NCBI GenBank assembly: GCA_032718475.1
Contig: JAUCBJ010000365.1
Location: 1 to 64,000, forward strand
Source: Nemertoderma westbladi
Lineage: Eukaryota > Animalia > Xenacoelomorpha
Direction of reading: 5' to 3'
DNA length: 64,000 nt
The first letter of the stretch is position 1, and the number at the start of each line of letters is the position of its first letter. Below are positions 36,501 through 48,500 of the stretch, piece after piece. Under the pieces are notes generated by a model that did no database searches, was not told the origin of the DNA, and was given only the letters and a program-made list of their open reading frames with translations. The translations under genes and the position numbers were made by a program.

Positions 36501-39500
36501 GCCTTAGTAGAGTAGTTGCAGTGCCTTAGTAGAGTAGTTGCAGTGCCTTAGTAGAGTAGTTGCAGTGCCTTAGTAGAGTAGTTGCAGTGCCTTAGTAGAG
36601 TAGTTGCAGTGCCTTAGTAGAGTAGTTGCAGTGCCTTAGTAGAGTAGTTGCAGTGCCTTAGTAGAGTAGTTGCAGTGCCTTAGTAGAGTAGTTGCAGTGC
36701 CTTAGTAGAGTAGTTGCAGTGCCTTAGTAGAGTAGTTGCAGTGCCTTAGTAGAGTAGTTGCAGTACCTTAGTAGAGTAGTTGCAGTGCCTTTGTAGTGTA
36801 GTTGCAGTGCCTTAGTAGAGTAGTTGCAGTGCCTTAGTAGAGTAGTTGCAGTGCCTTAGTAGAGTAGTTGCAGTGCCTTAGTAGAGTAGTTGCAGTGCCT
36901 TAGTAGAGTAGTTGCAGTGCCTTAGTAGAGTAGTTGCAGTACCTTAGTAGAGTAGTTGCAGTGCCTTAGTAGAGTAGTTGCAGTGCCTTAGTAGAGTAGT
37001 TGCAGTGCCTTAGTAGAGTAGTTGCAGTGCCTTAGTAGAGTAGTTGCAGTGCCTTAGTAGAGTAGTTGCAGTGCCTTAGTAGAGTAGTTGCAGTGCCTTA
37101 GTAGAGTAGTTGCAGTGCCTTAGTAGAGTAGTTGCAGTGCCTTAGTAGAGTAGTTGCAGTGCCTTAGTAGAGTAGTTGCAGTGCCTTAGTAGAGTAGTTG
37201 CAGTGCCTTAGTAGAGTAGTTGCAGTGCCTTAGTAGAGTAGTTGCAGTGCCTTAGTAGAGTAGTTGCAGTGCCTTAGTAGAGTAGTTGCAGTGCCTTAGT
37301 AGAGTAGTTGCAGTGCCTTAGTAGAGTAGTTGCAGTGCCTTAGTAGAGTAGTTGCAGTGCCTTAGTAGAGTAGTTGCAGTGCCTTAGTAGAGTAGTTGCA
37401 GTGCCTTAGTAGAGTAGTTGCAGTGCCTTAGTAGAGTAGTTGCAGTGCCTTTGTAGTGTAGTTGCAGTGCCTTAGTAGAGTAGTTGCAGTGCCTTAGTAG
37501 AGTAGTTGCAGTGCCTTAGTAGAGTAGTTGCAGTGCCTTAGTAGAGTAGTTGCAGTGCCTTAGTAGAGTAGTTGCAGTGCCTTAGTAGAGTAGTTGCAGT
37601 GCCTTAGTAGAGTAGTTGCAGTGCCTTAGTAGAGTAGTTGCAGTGCCTTAGTAGAGTAGTTGCAGTGCCTTAGTAGAGTAGTTGCAGTGCCTTAGTAGAG
37701 TAGTTGCAGTACCTTAGTAGTGTAGTTGCAGTGCCTTAGTAGTGTAGTTGCAGTGCCTTAGTAGAGTAGTTGCAGTGCCTTAGTAGAGTAGTTGCAGTGC
37801 CTTAGTAGAGTAGTTGCAGTGCCTTAGTAGAGTAGTTGCAGTGCCTTAGTAGAGTAGTTGCAGTGCCTTAGTAGAGTAGTTGCAGTGCCTTAGTAGAGTA
37901 GTTGCAGTGCCTTAGTAGAGTAGTTGCAGTGCCTTAGTAGAGTAGTTGCAGTGCCTTAGTAGAGTAGTTGCAGTGCCTTAGTAGAGTAGTTGCAGTGCCT
38001 TAGTAGAGTAGTTGCAGTGCCTTAGTAGAGTAGTTGCAGTGCCTTAGTAGAGTAGTTGCAGTGCCTTAGTAGAGTAGTTGCAGTGCCTTAGTAGAGTAGT
38101 TGCAGTGCCTTAGTAGATTTGTTGTAGTGCCTTAGTAGAGTAGTTGCAGTACCTTAGTAGAGTAGTTGCAGTACCTTAGTAGAGTAGTTGCAGTACCTTA
38201 GTAGAGTAGTTGCAGTGCCTTAGTAGAGTAGTTGCAGTGCCTTAGTAGAGTAGTTGCAGTGCCTTAGTAGAGTAGTTGCAGTGCCTTTGTAGTGTAGTTG
38301 CAGTACCTTAGTAGAGTAGTTGCAGTACCTTAGTAGAGTAGTTGCAGTACCTTAGTAGAGTAGTTGCAGTGCCTTAGTAGAGTAGTTGCAGTACCTTAGT
38401 AGAGTAGTTGCAGTACCTTAGTAGAGTAGTTGCAGTGCCTTAGTAGAGTAGTTGCAGTGCCTTAGTAGAGTAGTTGCAGTACCTTAGTAGAGTAGTTGCA
38501 GTACCTTAGTAGAGTAGTTGCAGTACCTTAGTAGAGTAGTTGCAGTACCTTAGTAGAGTAGTTGCAGTACCTTAGTAGAGTAGTTGCAGTGCCTTAGTAG
38601 AGTAGTTGCAGTGCATTTGTAGTGTAGTTGCAGTACCTTAGTAGAGTAGTTGCAGTACCTTAGTAGAGTAGTTGCAGTGCCTTAGTAGAGTAGTTGCAGT
38701 ACCTTAGTAGAGTAGTTGCAGTACCTTAGTAGAGTAGTTGCAGTGCCTTAGTAGAGTAGTTGCAGTGCCTTAGTAGAGTAGTTGCAGTGCCTTAGTAGAG
38801 TAGTTGCAGTGCCTTAGTAGAGTAGTTGCAGTGCCTTAGTAGAGTAGTTGTAGTGCCTTAGTAGTGTAGTTGCAGTACCTTAGTAGAGTAGTTGCAGTGC
38901 CTTAGTAGAGTAGTTGCAGTGCCTTTGTAGTGTAGTTGCAGTGCCTTAGTAGTGTAGTTGCAGTGCCTTTGTAGTGTAGTTGCAGTGCCTTAGTAGAGTA
39001 GTTGCAGTGCCTTTGTAGTGTAGTTGCAGTGCCTTTGTAGTGTAGTTGCAGTGCCTTAGTAGAGTAGTTGCAGTGCCTTTGTAGTGTAGTTGCAGTGCCT
39101 TAGTAGATTAGTTGCAGTGCCTTAGTAGAGTAGTTGCAGTGCCTTAGTAGAGTAGTTGCAGTGCCTTAGTAGAGTAGTTGCAGTGTCTTAGTAGAGTAGT
39201 TGCAGTGCCTTAGTAGAGTAGTTGCAGTGCCTTAGTAGAGTAGTTGCAGTGCCTTAGTAGAGTAGTTGCAGTGCCTTAGTAGAGTAGTTGCAGTGCCTTA
39301 GTAGAGTAGTTGCAGTGCCTTAGTAGAGTAGTTGCAGTGCCTTAGTAGAGTAGTTGCAGTGCCTTAGTAGAGTAGTTGCAGTGCCTTAGTAGAGTAGTTG
39401 CAGTGCCTTAGTAGAGTAGTTGCAGTGCCTTAGTAGAGTAGTTGCAGTGCCTTAGTAGAGTAGTTGCAGTGCCTTAGTAGAGTAGTTGCAGTGCCTTAGT

Positions 39501-42500
39501 AGAGTAGTTGCAGTGCCTTAGTAGAGTAGTTGCAGTGCCTTAGTAGAGTAGTTGCAGTGCCTTAGTAGAGTAGTTGCAGTGCCTTAGTAGAGTAGTTGCA
39601 GTGCCTTAGTAGAGTAGTTGCAGTACCTTAGTAGAGTAGTTGCAGTGCCTTTGTAGTGTAGTTGCAGTGCCTTAGTAGAGTAGTTGCAGTGCCTTAGTAG
39701 AGTAGTTGCAGTGCCTTAGTAGAGTAGTTGCAGTGCCTTAGTAGAGTAGTTGCAGTGCCTTAGTAGAGTAGTTGCAGTGCCTTAGTAGAGTAGTTGCAGT
39801 ACCTTAGTAGAGTAGTTGCAGTGCCTTAGTAGAGTAGTTGTAGTGCCTTAGTAGAGTAGTTGCAGTGCCTTAGTAGAGTAGTTGCAGTGCCTTAGTAGAG
39901 TAGTTGCAGTACCTTAGTAGTGTAGTTGCAGTGCCTTAGTAGTGTAGTTGCAGTGCCTTAGTAGAGTAGTTGCAGTGTCTTAGTAGAGTAGTTGCAGTGC
40001 CTTAGTAGAGTAGTTGCAGTGCCTTAGTAGAGTAGTTGCAGTGCCTTAGTAGAGTAGTTGCAGTGCCTTAGTAGAGTAGTTGCAGTGCCTTAGTAGAGTA
40101 GTTGCAGTGCCTTAGTAGAGTAGTTGCAGTGCCTTAGTAGAGTAGTTGCAGTGCCTTAGTAGAGTAGTTGCAGTGCCTTAGTAGAGTAGTTGCAGTGCCT
40201 TAGTAGAGTAGTTGCAGTGCCTTAGTAGAGTAGTTGCAGTGCCTTAGTAGAGTAGTTGCAGTGCCTTAGTAGAGTAGTTGCAGTGCCTTAGTAGAGTAGT
40301 TGCAGTGCCTTAGTAGATTTGTTGTAGTGCCTTAGTAGAGTAGTTGCAGTACCTTAGTAGAGTAGTTGCAGTACCTTAGTAGAGTAGTTGCAGTACCTTA
40401 GTAGAGTAGTTGCAGTGCCTTAGTAGAGTAGTTGCAGTGCCTTAGTAGAGTAGTTGCAGTGCCTTAGTAGAGTAGTTGCAGTGCCTTTGTAGTGTAGTTG
40501 CAGTACCTTAGTAGAGTAGTTGCAGTACCTTAGTAGAGTAGTTGCAGTACCTTAGTAGAGTAGTTGCAGTGCCTTAGTAGAGTAGTTGCAGTACCTTAGT
40601 AGAGTAGTTGCAGTACCTTAGTAGAGTAGTTGCAGTGCCTTAGTAGAGTAGTTGCAGTGCCTTAGTAGAGTAGTTGCAGTACCTTAGTAGAGTAGTTGCA
40701 GTACCTTAGTAGAGTAGTTGCAGTACCTTAGTAGAGTAGTTGCAGTACCTTAGTAGAGTAGTTGCAGTACCTTAGTAGAGTAGTTGCAGTGCCTTAGTAG
40801 AGTAGTTGCAGTGCATTTGTAGTGTAGTTGCAGTACCTTAGTAGAGTAGTTGCAGTACCTTAGTAGAGTAGTTGCAGTACCTTAGTAGAGTAGTTGCAGT
40901 ACCTTAGTAGAGTAGTTGCAGTACCTTAGTAGAGTAGTTGCAGTGCCTTAGTAGAGTAGTTGCAGTGCCTTAGTAGAGTAGTTGCAGTGCCTTAGTAGAG
41001 TAGTTGCAGTGCCTTAGTAGAGTAGTTGCAGTGCCTTAGTAGAGTAGTTGTAGTGCCTTAGTAGTGTAGTTGCAGTACCTTAGTAGAGTAGTTGCAGTGC
41101 CTTAGTAGAGTAGTTGCAGTGCCTTTGTAGTGTAGTTGCAGTGCCTTAGTAGTGTAGTTGCAGTGCCTTTGTAGTGTAGTTGCAGTGCCTTAGTAGAGTA
41201 GTTGCAGTGCCTTTGTAGTGTAGTTGCAGTGCCTTTGTAGTGTAGTTGCAGTGCCTTAGTAGAGTAGTTGCAGTGCCTTTGTAGTGTAGTTGCAGTGCCT
41301 TAGTAGATTAGTTGCAGTGCCTTAGTAGAGTAGTTGCAGTGCCTTAGTAGAGTAGTTGCAGTGCCTTAGTAGAGTAGTTGCAGTGTCTTAGTAGAGTAGT
41401 TGCAGTGCCTTAGTAGAGTAGTTGCAGTGCCTTAGTAGAGTAGTTGCAGTGCCTTAGTAGAGTAGTTGTAGTGCCTTAGTAGAGTAGTTGCAGTGCCTTA
41501 GTAGAGTAGTTGCAGTGCCTTAGTAGAGTAGTTGTAGTGCCTTAGTAGTGTAGTTGCAGTACCTTAGTAGAGTAGTTGCAGTGCTTCAGTATTATTGTTC
41601 ATTTGTAGCGAGATAAGTAATTGAGCCTCATGATTCATTCCCATTCTTAATCCCCAAACCCAAAATATATAAAACAACATCACAAACCCATTGGAGTCCA
41701 TTGGAAGCCAACTGACAAACGATTCCAGTATATTTTCTATAAAATTACATTATAATTTCAGGGGCGATGCCTGGAGGAATGTCAACTGTCGTCATGTTTC
41801 TCCACCTCCCAACGCGGTTGTTGCCGAAATGAATTTGGATCCTTTCTATAAGAAATACCTTCACGCCTATGGAATTCCGATACTCAGTTCGGAGAATGTT
41901 CCGGATGAGGCACTTCGGAAAGCCTGTTACATTACTTGGTTCATGATGTTAGATCGGTAGGTTATACTTGTTACATTACTTGGTTCATGATGTTAGATCG
42001 GTAGGTTATACTTGTTACATTACTTGGTTCATGATGTTAGATCGGTAGGTTATACTTGTTACATTACTTGGTTCATGATGTTAGATAGGTAGGTTATACT
42101 TGTTACATTACTTGGTTCATGATGTTAGATAGGTAGGTTATACTTGTTACATTACTTGGTTCATGATGTTGGATAGGTAGGTTATACTTGTTACATTACT
42201 TGGTTCATGATGTTAGATAGGTAGGTTATACTTGTTATATTACTTGGTTCATGGTGTTAGATAGGTAGGTTATACTTGTTACATTACTTGGTTCATGATG
42301 TTAGATCGGTAGGTTATACTTGTTACATTACTTGGTTCATGATGTTAGATAGGTTAAGTTTATACCTGTTATATTACTTGGTTCATGATGTTAGATAGGT
42401 AGGTTATACTTGTTACATTACTTGGTTCATGATTTTAGATAGGTAGGTTATACCTGTTACATTACTTGGTTCATGATGTTAGATAGGTAGGTTATACTTG

Positions 42501-45500
42501 CTACATTACTTGGTTCATGGTGTTAGATAGGGAGGTTATACTTGTTACATTACTTGGTTCATGATACCTGATACCTGTTACATTACTTGGTTTAAGATGT
42601 TGTTACTAAATACTAAATAGAAGCTATGATAAACCTGTTACCAGTACATAACCTGGGTATTTGTTTCCAGCAATTATTAATATTAAAAACTAGGGAAAAT
42701 GTACGACCATACCCACGCAGGCTCTGGTGGCCACAGGCTTCTGTCTGTCTGTGGTCGTTAGTAAGTCAGCCTTATAATACAAACTGTTAAATCTTCTGGG
42801 GGGAGGTAAGAATAAGTTAGGTAAGCGAGTATTCAAGCTTTGGTAAGTCGTGAGAACCCTGGACAGGGATTAGGGTCTTTGCATTGCTTTCCGTAGGATT
42901 ATTCCATTGTAATTTTTTGATTAATTTTTCAGCATCATGAGGCATGCTATCTGCCAGTCAGTGATTGGTGATTCAGGTGCACTATTCACTTTACGTTATT
43001 TTGACGATTCAATAACTTAAATATCAGGAACTACCACATCCTATTTGAAAGTAATATAGGAACTCCAGTCATTACTACCAATTAAATAAATTGGAGTTGA
43101 GCAAGTCAGGGGCAAGTGTCTGAACTGGTTAGGTTAGCGCTACTGATGAGGTCTGATAGGCCGAATGCGTACGTATAGCGCTGGTTCAACCCCCGGTGAC
43201 GTGCTTTCTCATTTTTTCCATTTCTGAACAAAACCATTATATTACATCATTAATTACAGTTGCATCAACAGCTCTACTCCAATTTATTTAATTAATATCA
43301 CCTGGCAGCAATACTCGAGCTGAATATTTATTTATTTGTACTTCCCTCCTGTTTCACTCTAACATACTTGAGGCCGGTAGGTCCGCTGTTAGAGATAGGA
43401 TATATGCAACTTAAGACTGCCTGTTCAAATAGAAGTGGATTAGGTGGGAGAGCGAATGTCAGGGGCAAGTGGCTGAACTGGTTAGCGCTACTGATGAGGC
43501 CTGATAGGCCGAAACGTACGTATAGGCCCAACCCCCGGTGACGCGCTTTCTCATTTTTTCAATTTCTGAACAAAACCATAATATTACACCTTTAAATATA
43601 CAGTTGCTTTAGTACAGCTCAACTCCAATTTATCTAGCTAGTATCACCTGGCAGCAATACTTCACGAGCTTGAATATTTATTTATGTTTGTACGTCCCTC
43701 CTGTTTCACTCTGACATAATTCAGGCCGGGGTAGGTCCGCTGTTAGAGATACTGGATTTGCAACTTAAGCCCCGGCAACTGTGTCAACAGAAGTGGATTA
43801 GCTGCGAGAGTGAATGTCAGGGGAAAGTGGCTGAACTGGTTAGCGCTACTGTTCGAGGCCGGAATGGTAGCGCTGCTATCAATCCCGGTCACGCGCTTAA
43901 ATCTGCATTTCTTCTTCAGTTCTGAACAGTACCGTAATATTACAGCTTTAGCTAATTGCTATCACTAGTTGTTTCTAATTGGTTCACGGTCCTTGACATA
44001 GGTGACCATTATTACCGTAATGTGTGTGTGTGTGTGTGTTAGTGTGTGTGTGTGTGTGTGTGTGTGTCCAGAGCGATATCTCAGTTATTTATTAATCAAT
44101 CGAAACAAAATTTGGACAAAAGTTAGATATAGGGATGGCGAAGGCTCATACAAAAAATTGGGTGTCGAGATGGTATTTGTGCGATGTGAGCGCTATATTT
44201 GCGTGTTTTCGCATGGTTTAGGAAAAAGCTATCTTGTCATAGGGAACGCAATGAATGATTCTGATATTTGGCATGGAGGTACCTGAATTATTTGTAAATC
44301 GATTAACGGAGGCCGATTTTTAAATTTGGACCTACATTATGACCTAATTGAAGATTTAATTAAGGTAATTAATTAGCACTGCTAGTACTGTCTGATTGTC
44401 TGCCTGTAGTAGGCATACCGGACCGGTACTACCTGACCACTGTAGGCCTATCTGCCTATCTTCATACTGTCATAGGTCAGTACAGCAGTAGGTCCTAGCC
44501 TAGCCCTAGCAGTAAATATAACAAGCTGGCAAGCCTGGAGGGTTCACGGTCCTCCTACTTAATCAGTACAATAATAATAACCGATACATCATTGTCGAAA
44601 CGTACCCAGTATTCGGGTACCGGCTGGCGGCTGACCGGTACGTTTTCGTTCGGGTAGGCCTATGTTTCCTTTTCACTTGTTCCCATCGTAGGCGACCTCA
44701 TGCTCATCCCACCACGACCACGACCACCAGTTACGAGTTGGGTAGGCGTCTACCGGCAACCGGTAAGTAATTACGCGCCACACGACGTCATCCCGCCATC
44801 CGCCAACATTTATACCGGTACGGTAAGCCTACCACCTACCGGTTGGCTACCATCGCACCGTAGGTCTACCGCCTACGGTAGGGTACGTACCGTACAGCGG
44901 TACTCAAAGTCGTACCGGTATTGTCGTAATTGACAAATGCAGGATTAAACTGTAACCCGTTCCGGTACCGGTACCATATGCATCTGAACGACTGGACGGT
45001 TAATCTCATAGCATAGCTGCATAGGCCTACCTGTAGTTAGTGCAAAGTCGCCTGCGAACATGGCGAAATATTATATATAAGCCAGCATAGCCTACCCTGC
45101 TACCTGATGGATAATAATAAACTGAAATGCTATGCCAGTCTGCCAGTCCAATGCAGTCAGAAGTACCAGTACTTGGTACTGCCAGTTTGCTGCTATGCCA
45201 GTATGCTAGCAGGTAGTGCATAGTGCTAAGATTGTCTACCGGTACAGATGAACTACAGGCAGACAATCAGACAATACTAGCAGTCTAGGGCCTACAGGAC
45301 TGCAGTACCGGTACTGCAGTATTGGTAATTGCTAATGCTAATTAATTACCTTAATTAAATCTTCAATTAGGTCATAATGTAGGTCCAAATTTAAAAATCG
45401 GCCTCCGTTAATCGATTTAGAAATAATTCAGGTACCTCCATGCCAAATATCAGAATCATTCATTGCATTCCCTATGACAAGATAGCTTTTTCCTAAACCA

Positions 45501-48500
45501 TGCGAAAACACGCAAATATAGCGCTCACATCGCACAAATACATCGCATAAATATTACGACAATACCGGTACGACTTTGAGTACCGCTGTACCGGTACGCG
45601 GTAGCCTACCGTTACGGTTGACCGGTAGGCGTAGGCGGTAGACCTACGGTGCGATGGTAGCCAGCCGGTAGGTGGTAGGCTTACCGTACCGGTATAAATG
45701 TTGGCGGATGGCGGGATGACGTCGTGTGGCGCGTAATTACTTACCGGTTGCCGGTAGACGCCTACCCAACTCGTAACTGGTGGTCGTGGTCGTGGTGGGA
45801 TGAGCACAGGAGCATGAGGTCGCCTACGATGGGAACAAGTGAAAAGGAAACATAGGCCTACCCGAACGAAAACGTATTATTATTGTACTGATTAAGTAGG
45901 AGGACCGTGAACCTTCCAGGCTTGCCAGCTTGTTCTTTCTTATTGTTTCCAGACAAGATATCAGAAACGCAATGTATAACTCTCAGGCGAGACTGGCTAT
46001 TATGTCTAAAGATGAAGCATCTAATGATATGCCTGAACATAGGGGCAGACCTGATGGTGGAGTTAGAGGTGAAGTATGGATGGAGTGGGGTGGGTAGGGT
46101 TCACAAAAACGTGTCTTTACGAGGTAGAGGTGGGAGAAAAAATAATAAAATATTTAATCGATAATCAACTAACATATTCCCATCGCAGACTTTGCAACTT
46201 TCCCCAGGTATGGGAAGTCCAAAAAAGGGCTCCTGCAAAATTATTGTGATATGGTAACCAATTCAACTTCACTCTAAACATTTATATCATACCGTATGAT
46301 GTATTCATTATCTGTTGAAATTTATCAATTCACAGGTAAATTTTACAATGTATTTTATGGATGCTTTGGAATTATAGAGAAAACCATCTGATTAGGATAT
46401 GTATTAAGATATGTATCCTTATAAATATATTACAGGTTTTGGAGGAACACAGATGGAACCGCTGTGTTCCGGTGCTGAGGAGAACCTTCTGTATTATCCT
46501 TATACCAAAGATTATTACTATGGTAACAACATCTTCCTCCATGAACTCGGTCATGGTATTCATCTAATCGGTGTCATGGGAGGCGACCCTCAACTGTACG
46601 CCGATATAGATAATACTTGGCAGAGATCCAAGTCACTTTGGGTAAACTGTTATGGTAAGTTTTGGCAAAATGGAAACTGGAGATAGAAAGTTGAGGTAGA
46701 AAGTGGGACTCACTTCAGACAGACGGTTTGATACGCATAAATTTTGACACAAAAAATAATCCTTTTGACCTATCAATTTCAGACACAATACGATGTACCT
46801 ACTCAATGATTTTCAACCGTTTTGTTTGTGCGTTTTTGTTGTGAATGAGGTACAAACAGATGCATAAATTTGAGACAGTTTTTAACCACTTTAGCTATGC
46901 AGATGGATTTCCCTGAACAGCCTCTGAAACAAAAAACATGCCTCTCCAATGTTTTGTTTATTTATTCTTGTTCCATTGTTACTATTCTATATTATATGTT
47001 TATTTATACTTTGAAGGTGCTGTTGATCCAGCTGAATGGATGGGAGAGAACATGATGTACTATTTTGGTCAATCAGTGGAATCTGACAATGCTGATGGAA
47101 GTTGTGATGGTATTAAGAATTTCGTCAACACTCGAGATGAGTTAAAAAGTTATGATAGAGCGGCCTACGATCTAACTAAGAGAATATTCCCATGTCAAAA
47201 TGAAATCATACCACTTTCAAGTAAAGAAGACCCGGATATCACTGTAAGTATATCAAATAAAGAAGATTCTGATATTATTTCATTATCAGTACCAAGTATA
47301 TTATAAAAAGCACCATCCACCATCCAGATAGCACTAAATATTTCAAGGATATAAGGCATATCAGATCATACTGCAAACATAATCAGTGTTAATATCTATG
47401 GAGTATGACATGGAACACAGTTTGGGGTGTCCCACCTACATTACTTCTCAGAACTGTAAACTGCCAGCTCGGCTACATTGGCTAGACCTGCAACATTAAG
47501 AAGCCATCAAAGGTTGAAAGCTAATTGATTATTGTTGTTGAGGTAGCATTTTTGTCTCATCTGAGATGTTGATTTACCAGCCAGGTCTACAAATTTGAAT
47601 TTAAATTGGAAATTAAATTTTCACAATATTAGTTATAATAAAATAAAAATATTGATGTAGCAATAAATCAATACAGTTTAAATGAGAAATATATTAATCA
47701 CCCCAGTGTTAGAGATGGCTTACATACAACACTATTGTTGCTAATGGATATCCTACTATAATTCATTCAGATATAAATATATATATATAAGGAAATAGCA
47801 TCTCTTACCAAGGAGTATTCCTTTAAAGGAGGCTTTGGAACCAATGTATTCACCGCCCTCGATGCCAAATTGGGATATGGACAGATTGAACTCGTTATGG
47901 AATCACTCGATCTAATGGCATTCATCATGCAGTGGGACCGGTATCCGTACTGCCGGGCACCCATGGGTTTCATCAGCTCAGGGGATAGTTATTACTAATG
48001 CCCCAGGTAGAGAAAAATCACAGACAATATGGTGGTCGAGGATACACACATTGATGAACGTGGCGACTGCATTAAACAGGCCCTCGACCATTGCCAAGAA
48101 AACAGTATCATATTGAACCAAGAAAAACTCTAATGCTAACATACTGAACAGCAAGGGTTGGCGGCAGACCCAAACAAAGTCCAGGTGATCAGTGAGTATC
48201 TGTCACCATTGAACATCACAGACTTACACAGTTTTATGGGTCTGGTCAAACAGCTGGGTATTTCTCATGTGAGATTTCGACCATAGCATCATCCACGTGA
48301 GACCTACTATGTGTACGTATCACATTTGTATGGACTAGAAACCACAAAGATGCTTTAATGCGAAGCCAGCTTACCACTGGCGAGACTGACATCTCGAGAC
48401 CAATGGAAGTTGCCTCCATGGACTCAGGTACGATCTACTCCAACGACAAAATTAGAAATGGCAGCTTGCCACATGCATGAGTAGATTCCTAATAGACCCA

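Larger units (their letters stand above)
43075..43960 (+). mobile_element. Tandem ~350-bp monomers with hammerhead motifs (retrozyme / Penelope-like terminal repeat)
   Basis: Three homologous blocks with cores at 43143, 43491 and 43849 (periods 348 and 358 bp); 43079-43102 is an inverted copy of an internal monomer segment. Confidence 0.75.

Noticed and set aside
44700-45807. Duplicated ORF MLIPPRPRPPV... on both strands
   Set aside because: By-product of the inverted nested transposon copies; no domain features.
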